The notes: generated by a model not told the origin, from the letters alone. Shown: positions 30,212 through 39,809, counted from the first letter of the stretch. The stretch is DNA of 64,000 bases from Oceanispirochaeta sp. (GCA_963663385.2 CAXXXD010000001.1:1-64000); one strand, 5' to 3'. Numbers and translations are program-made.

Positions 30212-31729
30212 CGCCATCTTTTTTATAAGTTTCTCTTTTCTTTGCTCAAAATCTTCTATTGATTGTCCGTATTTAATTGCTCTATTACATACATTTAATG
30301 CTTTTTCATATTCTTCTTTTTTATCATAAATTATGACTAAACGTTTAAATGCCGGTATATTTCCAATAAAGCCCTTTTCTTTTATTCCTTCAATTTCCTT
30401 TTTTATATTCTTATCTCCAGTAATAGAAGCAAGTTGTTTGGCTCTATCTATTTCTTCTTTGATATTGGCCTCAGTCATTTCATCAAGAGTGTCTAAATCT
30501 AATTCACAATATTCAATACATTTATCTATATATTTCTCATCTAATGATCTGAATTTATAATAAAAGTCTTGTAATTGTATAAAAGAAAAATGTCTGCTTA
30601 CTGGACTTCTTTTATTCTTTGAGAGTTCGCTCAATAATTCTTTCTCTTGCTTCTCATCAAATTTAATTACTTTATTTGGTTTCGCTGGGGCTTTCTTTTT
30701 AGGAAGGGATTTACCTTCTTTCCTCATTTCGGCAAGTTTCTTCTTTACGTCTTCATGAGCAGTTTCTAAAAAGTTATACATTTCCCTTTTTAATTTGAAA
30801 TTCTCAGCTAAAAGGGGAATAGAGATTGATTTATCGATAATGGACATGTTTGCAAAGATGCCAACATCTTGTTTATTGACTTTCTTTATTTCTGATGCTG
30901 TCAAATATTTCTTTAATTCGATCTTGTCTGTGCCAAGTTTGGATATTACAATATCGGTGAGGCATTGTAAAAATAATTCCGGATATTTCTTAATATAATT
31001 CTTATTATTAAATTCAAAGGTCGATGCCATGCGCATAATATCCTTTGGGAATAGAGGAATATCAAAACTGTAATAGCAGATCAAGAATAAATTATCAGAA
31101 AAAGCTAATTCATGTTCTTTATCTAGTGATTTAATAAAATCTAAAACAAGATCGCCTCTGTTATGCAACATACATGATAGAACTACAGCATTTGCTGAAT
31201 AAGATTGAAATGATTTATTTGTATGAACATCTCTTAATTTCAGAATAACGGAAATTGCTTTTTCAAAATTTCCTGATAATAGATGTCTTTCCAATCCATA
31301 ATATAAGATAAAAACAAAACCAATATCGATTGCTGTATTGTATGGATTTGCGAGTAAATTTAAATAAACCCATTTTTGTTCCGGTGATAACTCTGTATAT
31401 GTTGGATAATATGATGGCCTTTCAACTAAACGAATATCTTTTGGTTGAGATATTTTTTGATTTGTATATATAAGACTTGGTTCTTCATGATTTTGAAACG
31501 AAATTGTTATTCGGTAACCATCAATTTCGAAGAAATTTTCATCTCCTTTTGATTGAATATAATTTTTGTATTTTCCATCCCCTATCCAAATTAGTTCTTT
31601 TAAATCTTCGTGTATTGTTAAACCTTTTACCGATAGACTTGCATTTTTAATAGGAGCAATTTCTTTCTTTTCATCTTGTGATTCTTTAAATTTCTGTTTT
31701 GTTCTTTTTCCAAAATTAAATAATCCCAT
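30206..31729 (-). CDS. TerB N-terminal-domain protein with a C-terminal TPR-like region; integron cassette
   Basis: PSYYPTYTELSPEQKWVYL..L...IGFVFILYYGLERHL (TerB_N-like); C-terminal AFKRLVIIYDKKEEYEKALNVCNRAI. Confidence 0.7.
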   Translation of the reverse strand: MGLFNFGKRTKQKFKESQDEKKEIAPIKNASLSVKGLTIHEDLKELIWIGDGKYKNYIQSKGDENFFEIDGYRITISFQNHEEPSLIYTNQKISQPKDIRLVERPSYYPTYTELSPEQKWVYLNLLANPYNTAIDIGFVFILYYGLERHLLSGNFEKAISVILKLRDVHTNKSFQSYSANAVVLSCMLHNRGDLVLDFIKSLDKEHELAFSDNLFLICYYSFDIPLFPKDIMRMASTFEFNNKNYIKKYPELFLQCLTDIVISKLGTDKIELKKYLTASEIKKVNKQDVGIFANMSIIDKSISIPLLAENFKLKREMYNFLETAHEDVKKKLAEMRKEGKSLPKKKAPAKPNKVIKFDEKQEKELLSELSKNKRSPVSRHFSFIQLQDFYYKFRSLDEKYIDKCIEYCELDLDTLDEMTEANIKEEIDRAKQLASITGDKNIKKEIEGIKEKGFIGNIPAFKRLVIIYDKKEEYEKALNVCNRAIKYGQSIEDFEQRKEKLIKKMAP

Positions 31730-31787
31730 AAATTACTCCTTTTTCAATACTAAATGACTACACTTTATTATTTTTTGTCGGCATAAC

Positions 31788-33578
31788 GAGACTGTAGAAA
31801 AACTCAAACTGGGTATTTTCAAGGTTCCCCTGAAAGCACTCATTTGGAAAAATCATTCATCTCTTTGATTTCAATATTCAATCCGATTAAAACCGGCTAT
31901 ATTCAACTACAATTGGTTTTATCCAACGCTATACCCATTCTTTAGCACTTTTCCGTATTCCTACGCACTATACTGCTGGATTTTCCCGATATTATGCACC
32001 ATACAGTACAACAACCACTGTGTCCGGACCTTTTCCGTACCCCGTAAAGTAAAGCGATTCAGCTTTTTCATTCCGGCAATATGTCCGAATACAGGTTCTA
32101 CCGTACTCATCCGTTTTGCATAAACTGATCGTCCATAGGGCGTATCAATTTTCTCCTTCATACCGGCCATGGGATTGCTCCCTTTTCCATCCGGCACTTC
32201 CTTCAGTATGGCAACCTGACGGGCCTTTGTCGTTTCCTTTCTTATACATTTTGAACGAAGTTTACAGTCACGACAATTGCGTATATGCCCTTGATAGGAC
32301 TTTCCGGTATACCGACCGTCATTGCTTCTGAAGTTGGGGGATTTCAGCCACATGGCATGACCGGCAGGGCAGATCAGTTGGTTGGTTGCCGTATCCATAT
32401 AAAAGTCTTCCGGACTAAAATAGTGTTTTCCTTTTTCCGGTTTCCAGTTGGCGACTTTCTTTTTGTATCTGCCGGCATCCTGGAAGGCAACATGCCTTTT
32501 CCTGAACTGATTGTCCGGGATATAGGCATCGATCTTCTTCTCGCAGATCATCTGCATGTTCTTTTTATTATGGAATCCTGTATCCGCTGTTATGGTGACA
32601 TTGTTATAGATGTGGTCATCTATGTGAGATTCTTTGCAGCTCTTATCAATCCCCTCAAGTATCTCTGTTAGGTGTCCTGATTCGTTTACATCACCGTATG
32701 TATCGGCAAATATAATTAATTGATGCTTGTCGTCTACTGCAGCAATGCCATTATATCCCTGTATAACGCCATGTCCGGTGGACATTTTAGCGCTTTCGTT
32801 ATCAACTATATTGCTTTTAATGGGCTGATCCTGACTCCCGAAACGGTCATAATGGGTATCAAGCCATTTGTAGATTTTTTCTGTTTTTGCCTTTAGCTTT
32901 TTGATGGCTTTCTTTTCTTTTTTACGCTGCTCTTTATCTTCCCAACTGGCATCCGTATTCTTGTGTTTTTCAATCAGATAGTTTACGGATTTCTCTATTT
33001 TCTTTGTTTTGGCAAATAGTTCCGCTTTGGTTCCGCTCCATTCCTTTGAACAGTTTGAGGAGATCTTGCAGCCGTCAATGGCAAACATGTTTTTGCCGAT
33101 CAGTCCCTGTGTGTAGCAAACAGAGAGTATCATGGTAAATAGGGTTTGGCACTCTTTATGACGGGAAGAGATAAAATCGGCAATGGTTGTAAAGTGGGGT
33201 CTGGAATCGGCGGCTAGCGCCATACAGACGATATTCTCCCGGCATAACTGTTCAATTTTTCTGCTGCTGTTTATGCCTTTTGAATAGGCGTAAAGGACTA
33301 TTTTTAAGAGGATGGCAGGGTCGTAGGCGGGAGCTCCGGTTTCATCATTTTCGTAGTGGTTTTCAAAAACTGACATATCAATTTGATTGTCTATCAGATG
33401 GCATAATGTATATTCGAATGTTCCTGGTAAAATCTGTTTTTTAAAGCTTACGGGGATCATCATTGTCTGGGTATAAGAATACTCTTTATATCTGGCCATT
33501 ATTGAAAACCTCCCTTTTATAGAATTTTACCATGTTTTGGCTGAGAGCTGTAGAAAAGGTGACTTTTTCTACAGTCTC
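31788..33578 (-). mobile_element. IS1182-family insertion sequence (complete, 1791 bp) inserted in an attC R' box
   Basis: 15-bp perfect terminal inverted repeat GAGACTGTAGAAAAA; flanking AAC duplication; single transposase gene. Confidence 0.95.
31961..33499 (-). CDS. IS1182-family DDE transposase
   Basis: GAPAYDP..LLK..LYAY, PHFTTIADF, AIDGCKI, ADTGF and VEPVFG motifs. Confidence 0.95.
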   Translation of the reverse strand: MARYKEYSYTQTMMIPVSFKKQILPGTFEYTLCHLIDNQIDMSVFENHYENDETGAPAYDPAILLKIVLYAYSKGINSSRKIEQLCRENIVCMALAADSRPHFTTIADFISSRHKECQTLFTMILSVCYTQGLIGKNMFAIDGCKISSNCSKEWSGTKAELFAKTKKIEKSVNYLIEKHKNTDASWEDKEQRKKEKKAIKKLKAKTEKIYKWLDTHYDRFGSQDQPIKSNIVDNESAKMSTGHGVIQGYNGIAAVDDKHQLIIFADTYGDVNESGHLTEILEGIDKSCKESHIDDHIYNNVTITADTGFHNKKNMQMICEKKIDAYIPDNQFRKRHVAFQDAGRYKKKVANWKPEKGKHYFSPEDFYMDTATNQLICPAGHAMWLKSPNFRSNDGRYTGKSYQGHIRNCRDCKLRSKCIRKETTKARQVAILKEVPDGKGSNPMAGMKEKIDTPYGRSVYAKRMSTVEPVFGHIAGMKKLNRFTLRGTEKVRTQWLLYCMVHNIGKIQQYSA

Positions 33579-33692
33579 AACGCCCGCATCAGCTGCAATT
33601 TTGTCCCGCAGGGTTGGCGCAGATTTTGAAATGAGCGAAGCGACTTCAAAATCTGTGACAAAAAAATTGTCAGTTGCATGCGTTTGTTCTAC
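33579..33692 (-). other. attC site of the Lamassu cassette (R' interrupted by IS1182)
   Basis: R'' GTAGAAC; ACAAACGCATGCAACTGACA arm; CAGATTTTGAA/TTCAAAATCTG hairpin; ends GGGCGTT. The empty site restores GTTATGC. Confidence 0.9.
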
Positions 33693-33746
33693 AGTGTCGA
33701 CCAGTTACCTTGTTATATTTGTAATAGCTTTAGGTCATTAATATCA

Positions 33747-35591
33747 CTATTCAATAAATCCACGTCTATCACCTTCTGTATTACCGCAAAAATATATGAA
33801 ATTAATTTTATTAATAATTTTCTGCTGAGGAGTTTTGTTATCAAAAACGATAATCTGCCTATCTTCGCTTGTATCTGATAGATAATCAAAAAATCGATCT
33901 TGAATATCTTCACTTATTTCATCATTAGTTTCTCGTAGAGCATTCTTCCCATGATAGGTTGTTAAAGGGGAATCTAAAACAATTAGAGGATTAAATGATA
34001 TTCCTTTTTCAACGACCCAATCTAGTATAGAGATTAACAACGCAGAGTATGATATTGCTCTGAATCCTTTTCCAAAACTCTTTCGAGTTTTTCCAGAAAT
34101 TGTGTAATCAAAAGTTCTATAACCAGTATCAAAGGTAATTGATTCCCAACCTGGATAACCAAATCCTTCTAAAATGGAAGATAATTTTGTACAAAAATCT
34201 TTTATATGAAGAAATTCTTCCGAATGTTCAGAGTCAGGCTTTGATTTCCCTTTTTCAATTTTCTCATTTAATTCAGCTTCTTTTTCAAATAAATAGTTTA
34301 TTCTTTCAGTAAGAATTGTAACCTTATTGGAAATAATTTGATTTTGTTCAAATCTTTCTAATTTTTCCTTAAATGGTATTATCTTTTCATTATTATGCTT
34401 TTTCTTTTTAACTGCCTCTATCTTACTTTCAGACAATACACTCAACTCTGAATTAATATCCAATACTTCTTTTTCTAAATTAACAATCGATTCACTAATA
34501 TCATTTTTTTTATTGGATATTTTTTTGTATTCTGCTTCAATAGATTCATTAAATACTTCTTCATCAAAATCAGAATCAAGTTCTGATGTAGTAATTTCAC
34601 TATCACAAATTGGACATGCTACAGTATTCAATTGAGAAATCAAGCTATTACCTTCTGACACAAATTGCATTCGTTCTAAATCTGAATTATAGTGCTCAAG
34701 TAATAACTTAAAACGATTGATTAGTTCTTTCTTGAATTCCTTTTTATTCTCATTTTCAAGAATGTCATCATTTATCTTCATTATTTCTTTATTGATATCG
34801 CTAGATACAGTCAAGATTCCATCTATGTCTAGTTTTGTTTTGTTGATAACTTGAGAATAATCGGTACCATCATCGAGAAGAGCTTTTTTAGCAGAAAGAG
34901 CCGTGATTTCCCTATTTGTTTCATCTCTCTCTGAAATGATGAACTCAATTTGACCTAATATATGAGTTTTCTTTTCCTTTTCAATTAAAGGGTTAATAAA
35001 ATTGCTATCATCCGTCCCGGATAATATATATCTAAATAGTGATTGATAAAAAGTTTGATCTGGATATTGACCAGTAGCATAAATAGGTGACTTTTCAGTG
35101 ATAATTCTATCCTCTGGGATAACAGTAAATTTCCTTAAGTCTCTAAAACTAATTTTCTTCTTCTCTGTTTTTTTCTTTTTAAATTCTTTGTTATACATAC
35201 CGCATGTTTTTAATAAGTAGACAGACAAATTATTTTCAGAAGAGGAAGAATGGTTTAACAGAAGCTTTTCTTCTTTTTTCGTATTATCATAGTTTTCAAA
35301 AGTACATTCTTTAATATAAACATCTGTATTTTTGATGTTTCTATATATGGTTAGTGGTTTTTCTTTATATGTGCTTATTTGTAGATAAAAATCTTCATAT
35401 CCAATCGCTTCAGGAATTTCTTTTGGATTTTCACTTCTTCCCAATAAGAAATCTATACACGAAAAAGCGTATGATTTCCCTGTATCTGAAACACCAGAAA
35501 TTAAATTAAATCCTTTTTTAAATTCTAATTGAGATTTTTTGTTTTGAGTTCCAATAACAACTAGTTTTTTTATATAGAATCCATCAAGCAT
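33747..35591 (-). CDS. lmuB: SMC/Rad50-like ABC ATPase of a Lamassu / ABC-three-component system (LmuB)
   Basis: Walker A GVSDTGKS, coiled coil with a CPIC zinc hook, signature GKGFRAI, Walker B IVLDSPL. Confidence 0.85.
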   Translation of the reverse strand: MLDGFYIKKLVVIGTQNKKSQLEFKKGFNLISGVSDTGKSYAFSCIDFLLGRSENPKEIPEAIGYEDFYLQISTYKEKPLTIYRNIKNTDVYIKECTFENYDNTKKEEKLLLNHSSSSENNLSVYLLKTCGMYNKEFKKKKTEKKKISFRDLRKFTVIPEDRIITEKSPIYATGQYPDQTFYQSLFRYILSGTDDSNFINPLIEKEKKTHILGQIEFIISERDETNREITALSAKKALLDDGTDYSQVINKTKLDIDGILTVSSDINKEIMKINDDILENENKKEFKKELINRFKLLLEHYNSDLERMQFVSEGNSLISQLNTVACPICDSEITTSELDSDFDEEVFNESIEAEYKKISNKKNDISESIVNLEKEVLDINSELSVLSESKIEAVKKKKHNNEKIIPFKEKLERFEQNQIISNKVTILTERINYLFEKEAELNEKIEKGKSKPDSEHSEEFLHIKDFCTKLSSILEGFGYPGWESITFDTGYRTFDYTISGKTRKSFGKGFRAISYSALLISILDWVVEKGISFNPLIVLDSPLTTYHGKNALRETNDEISEDIQDRFFDYLSDTSEDRQIIVFDNKTPQQKIINKINFIYFCGNTEGDRRGFIE

Positions 35592-36099
35592 TTATTGTCA
35601 CTCCTCGGAATAGTGGCTCATTTACAAATTCATTTCCCCAGTTTTCAATATTTTTATTTATGTATTTATCTAAGTCTATCTCTGTATATAATTCGAATTT
35701 TGCTGTTATCCATCTTATTCTATCTTTCAACTTTTCTGTATATTCACTTCTAAAATGCTCAAGAAATGGACTGAGTAATTCTGTTTGAGTATAAAAGATT
35801 CCTTTTTTATTCATTTCAACCTGTAAGAGTTCTTTTGAAATCATTTTATTCAATCCAGCCCGAACTGCTTTTCTTTTTATTAACAATTGTGTAGAACGGT
35901 AGGGGGCTTCGGGATGCAGGTTTTTCGGGCCACCAATATCTTCTGTGAAAAGAATAAGATAATCAAAAGAAATTATTTGGTTTAAGGAAAGTGGCTTGTT
36001 AAACCCGTTTATTATAAATAAAGATCTTAACCCTAATTCCAGTGAATGATTAAATAATTGGTTATTTTTATAGTAAGAAAGCATTATTCTTTTACCCAC
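35584..36099 (-). CDS. lmuC: ABC-three-component middle component (LmuC-like)
   Basis: FNHSLELGLRSL...FDYL...DIGGP.NLHP motif; overlaps both neighbouring genes. Confidence 0.8.
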   Translation of the reverse strand: MGKRIMLSYYKNNQLFNHSLELGLRSLFIINGFNKPLSLNQIISFDYLILFTEDIGGPKNLHPEAPYRSTQLLIKRKAVRAGLNKMISKELLQVEMNKKGIFYTQTELLSPFLEHFRSEYTEKLKDRIRWITAKFELYTEIDLDKYINKNIENWGNEFVNEPLFRGVTINA

Positions 36100-37166
36100 C
36101 TTATTTTTTTATCATTGACCAAATGATGACATATACCTTCTTTATCTTGCACTTTTATTTCATAAAAAAGTGGATTGTTATTGAATGAACCTCTTTTTGC
36201 TTCTTTTATTGCTTCTTTCAGTCTAATAAAACCATTCTCAAAATCTGATTCAACAATATCAATGATCAAGCTAAAGATTTCATCTTTTAATTCTTCAAAA
36301 GAATTACTATTATACGGTAGCTCATCTCTACTGAATTGATACAATGAATCCGCAATGTAAAAACTATCCCGTTGTCTTTGAAAATGATTAAGCAATTCTT
36401 GTTTATCAGAAATATCTTCTATACTGGAAATAAATCTATTAAGATAATCTGAATAAGCAGCAAATATTTCTCTAATATAAACCAACTCATTCTTTTCTAT
36501 ATCTTTATTTGCCTTTGGCAGTTCTTCTCTTGTTTTATTTAAGCCTCCACCAAACCATCTAGAAAAGAAAGGTGTCTGTCTAAATTGATCAATGAAAGTA
36601 TTTGGCTCAAGCCAGTCTATAATGGAAAAATTGAATGTATCGAAATATTTTAATATCTCACCTTCTAACTTTATATTTTCTTTCGTTGTAATTCCTTTTT
36701 CACATTTATCAGCCCAATTGTTTTTTAATTCCTGTTTCAATTTTTCAGGGTTTTCTATAAGTCCTAATAATTTTGGACCTATTCCCTTAGGTGAAACAAA
36801 ATAGTATTTTCTTGGAACTGAATAATCTTTATTAAAAGTATAGTAAATTAATTTACCGAGCTCGATATAAATTTCTGCGGGTGAAAGCATAGATGAATAG
36901 TGCTTACATTGATAAAGATCCCAAACTTGCTTCTCTTCATTGACTATTGCACATACATCCCGGCCTTTATCACCAGCTCCCCCAACACCATAGACTTTTA
37001 TATACTGTTTTGTCACATGATAATGTGCCCATTGTAGGACTAATTCCTCATATTGATCTTCGTCAAGAGCTTCAAGTATCTGATTTGGTTTCAATACAGG
37101 ACCTAATAGTATTTCACTGTTTGATAACCGAGAAATATTTTTTGGTTTTTCTAGTTCTGTAAACAT
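36084..37166 (-). CDS. lmuA: Lamassu effector: PD-(D/E)xK nuclease plus ABC-3C C-terminal domain (LmuA)
   Basis: YEEL...GGAGDKGRDV...YQCKHY nuclease motif; C-terminal GICHHLVND..IRWV motif. Confidence 0.8.
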   Translation of the reverse strand: MFTELEKPKNISRLSNSEILLGPVLKPNQILEALDEDQYEELVLQWAHYHVTKQYIKVYGVGGAGDKGRDVCAIVNEEKQVWDLYQCKHYSSMLSPAEIYIELGKLIYYTFNKDYSVPRKYYFVSPKGIGPKLLGLIENPEKLKQELKNNWADKCEKGITTKENIKLEGEILKYFDTFNFSIIDWLEPNTFIDQFRQTPFFSRWFGGGLNKTREELPKANKDIEKNELVYIREIFAAYSDYLNRFISSIEDISDKQELLNHFQRQRDSFYIADSLYQFSRDELPYNSNSFEELKDEIFSLIIDIVESDFENGFIRLKEAIKEAKRGSFNNNPLFYEIKVQDKEGICHHLVNDKKIRWVKE

Positions 37167-37315
37167 TTAATGTTTCTACCTCATTTACATGACTATTTAT
37201 AATCGATTATTAAGCAACTCTCCCACTGGGATATTCTCTAAATTCATTCTTTCAAAGGACAACTTAAATTATGTAAAAATATATCACTTTTTCACAACAT
37301 AATTAATTTGCATCT

Positions 37316-37490
37316 GTAGAACGCCAAAATATGCTGCGGAGCGGCCTGGCCGAAGGACAGGTACAGGCGCTTTTCTTGCAGACTTATTTTAAACAGTAAT
37401 TTGTTTTTAAGAAAGAACTATTTATCAGCATTCTGTATCTCTGCAAGAAATGTGATCTGTAGCGACGACAGTATCATTTTCTTGTTATGT
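37316..37490 (-). other. Long attC site (175 bp) of an ORF-less cassette
   Basis: R'' ACATAAC; AAAATGATACTG arm pairing with GCAGCATATTTT; TTTCTTGCAGA/TCTGCAAGAAA stem; R' GTTCTAC matches the Lamassu R''. Confidence 0.8.
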
Positions 37491-37818
37491 CTACAGCATT
37501 TTGTAAATCACCGATGCCATATCAGGCAAGAATATCTTAATAAACGTAGGTGAAGGCGAATTCCCTTATTTTCACTTCTGCCAGCCGCAACCGGCGTCAA
37601 AGATTGATAATCAGTGTAGTGTGAGCATCAATCAACCCGTATCAAAACCCTAAAACCTACTAAATCATCTGGCAATTATGAAAGAACCAGAAGTACAAAA
37701 TGTGTTCGATATAACTTATTATCTCTTGAACAAGGTAATCCCAAAATCCATAGAATTACCCTGCACCCCCGCAGCATAACTGTCAATTCTAACAATTCCA
37801 CTGACACTCCCAGAGCAC

Positions 37819-38919
37819 TCATTCAACTAGTTCAAAATCCGGATTGAAACCCAAAGTCATAACCACCGACCCATTATATGAACAGGGAATCCCGGCTGAT
37901 GTATCACTCAAATCCAAAGTAATATCAGCATCATCATAGGAAATACCGGAAATAGTAATACCGGCACATTGAAGAATAATCGGATATGTTACTCCATCAT
38001 TGTAGTTATACCACGATTCACATACACTTGAGCCGGGATCTTCACAGATCCAACCCAACCTATTACTTCCAACAAAATCAACGGTATACACTTCACCTTC
38101 ATGGGTGGCACTCCAGGCCGTACCTGCTAGCTTATCAGGAAATCCCTCAACGTATTCCATTGTGTAACTATTCTCCAGATACTCCACAGTAACAGTACTG
38201 CCCGAACAGGAATAACTAAAACTTTTAACATCTCCCGAACGTTCCATAACATTGAGAGTATTCCCATCAATTCCAATAATTACACCATAGATATTTGCCG
38301 TATATAAAGCATCATGAAAATCTATTCTGGTCCGGCTATAGTGATTGCATCCAAAAAACCCAACCCCGTCTGTTATCCATAATGAGTTTTTCAATTCCAC
38401 CGGTGCCGACTGCACCCTGTGAAAAGTAAAGGAGACATCTGAGGGATCTTTCAATATCATGGTATTTTCATCCGGAAAAGATGCCGTAAAATCCATATCT
38501 GCAGTCGTATCCATTGTAACCGTCAGATCACCGTCAGCCGGCATAGGGATGGTAGCATCTACTTCATAAGCATCATCTTCGTAGTCGTACTTAATCTCTG
38601 AATCAGTAAATTCGATCTCCCAGTACACCCCTGAACCGTAATGGCACCAGTAGCTATCTGCATAATCAGAAAAACTTACCGAAGGCGTAACCACAACCGG
38701 ACTATCATCCTGCGTATTCGAATCATCACTGCTCTGATCCGAACTGGCATCAGTAGAATCACTCGTATTATTTTCATCCTGCGCCTGATCGGCAGAATCA
38801 TCCAGAACCTGCTCCGTACTATCCTCTTTATCTTTACTGCTCTTTGAAGCAAAAGGATTCTCACAGGAAACTAATAAAATCAGAAATAAACCCAGTAAAA
38901 TGGCAGTTGTACGCCTCAT
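37819..38919 (-). CDS. Hypothetical acidic lipoprotein
   Basis: Lipobox LVSC, a Ser/Asp-rich linker, then beta-rich domains. Confidence 0.7.
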   Translation of the reverse strand: MRRTTAILLGLFLILLVSCENPFASKSSKDKEDSTEQVLDDSADQAQDENNTSDSTDASSDQSSDDSNTQDDSPVVVTPSVSFSDYADSYWCHYGSGVYWEIEFTDSEIKYDYEDDAYEVDATIPMPADGDLTVTMDTTADMDFTASFPDENTMILKDPSDVSFTFHRVQSAPVELKNSLWITDGVGFFGCNHYSRTRIDFHDALYTANIYGVIIGIDGNTLNVMERSGDVKSFSYSCSGSTVTVEYLENSYTMEYVEGFPDKLAGTAWSATHEGEVYTVDFVGSNRLGWICEDPGSSVCESWYNYNDGVTYPIILQCAGITISGISYDDADITLDLSDTSAGIPCSYNGSVVMTLGFNPDFELVE

Positions 38920-39119
38920 GATGTAAAGCTCCTTTCAGTTGTGCTGTCCCACTGCCTCAATCGGGCAGAGTATTCTGCGCAACAAAAGTATACACCCAAT
39001 CAATGATTCATAAAGTCATAAAATTCCTTTTTTTGGTCATATGCTCCTATTTTGATACTAACTTTAGTTAGTATATGGAGGAATTCTGCTATCACCTGTT
39101 AAGCATTATTCAGAAATCC

Positions 39120-39506
39120 TTAACGAATAAACACCGCAGGAGAAACACCGTATTTTTCGGACAGCTTCCGGATATGCCCCAGATTCAGCTCCCTTTTCCC
39201 GTTTAAAATCTCGCTGATTACGGACTGGGTGGCCACATCGGCAAGATCAGCCTGCCTGTGATTATGGTTTTCCATCAGGTGCTTCAGCATATCAACAGGA
39301 GAAACCGGTTCTACCGGATAGTGTTCATCCTCATATTTTCCTATCATGCCGGTAATATAGTCAATAATCGGTTCCAGGTCCGACTCCCCCGCTTCCATTC
39401 GGTCTGTCAGGGCTTCCAGCTCTTCAATAGCCCTGTCATTTTCTTCATCTGTGGAGATTCTGAATTTCAAAAGGAAATCGCTTACAACTTTTTCAACACC
39501 CATACT
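39120..39506 (-). CDS. higA: HigA-family antitoxin (HTH)
   Basis: YEDEHYP...LKHLME....QADLA...QSVISEILNGKRELN...IRKLSEKYGVSP. The start is uncertain (39506-39548). Confidence 0.88.
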   Translation of the reverse strand, partial: SMGVEKVVSDFLLKFRISTDEENDRAIEELEALTDRMEAGESDLEPIIDYITGMIGKYEDEHYPVEPVSPVDMLKHLMENHNHRQADLADVATQSVISEILNGKRELNLGHIRKLSEKYGVSPAVFIR

Positions 39507-39519
39507 CATAAACAACCTC

Positions 39520-39804
39520 TTAACAGTATTTTTTCGAATACTCTGCATGGGTCAGGAAATCTCTGATAAATACAGTCTTCCCCCATGTATACCTGACAAT
39601 CAGCCGATAGGCATTACCTTTTAAGTTGATACAGACAAGATCTGAACCCTTTATACTGTCGGCAGAGGGATAAACCTTCCGCAATTCTACAATGGAGGAG
39701 AAGGATGACCAGTAATGAACGGCTAACCATCCCCTCAATCCTTTTTCCGCTTCCGGGTATCGCCTGATGTAACTTTCTACAGTTTTCCTCTTTATGATTG
39801 TCAC
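39520..39804 (-). CDS. higB: HigB-family toxin
   Basis: YPSAD...INLKGNAYRLIV...FLTHAEY; the toxin gene lies upstream of the antitoxin gene. Confidence 0.88.
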   Translation of the reverse strand: MTIIKRKTVESYIRRYPEAEKGLRGWLAVHYWSSFSSIVELRKVYPSADSIKGSDLVCINLKGNAYRLIVRYTWGKTVFIRDFLTHAEYSKKYC

Positions 39805-39809
39805 ATTTA

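Larger units (their letters stand above)
22235..37715 (-). mobile_element. Integron gene-cassette array without an integrase in the window (CALIN-like), at least 7 cassettes
   Basis: Four near-complete and two partial attC sites, co-oriented genes, complementary core/inverse-core pairs, and visibly AT-rich sequence. Confidence 0.88.

Noticed and set aside
33566..33695. Similarity of the IS1182 end (ACTGTAGAAA) to the Lamassu inverse core (ACTGTAGAAC)
   Set aside because: Probably coincidence: the second IS copy sits in an attC with an unrelated R'' (GCCTAAC).
37774..37795. GTTATGC / GTTAGAA as the attI core
   Set aside because: The site at 37709-37715 has much longer complementarity to the cassette end, and neither candidate has a convincing L box.
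39120..39804. higBA as an integron cassette
   Set aside because: No attC-like palindrome is visible downstream of it.
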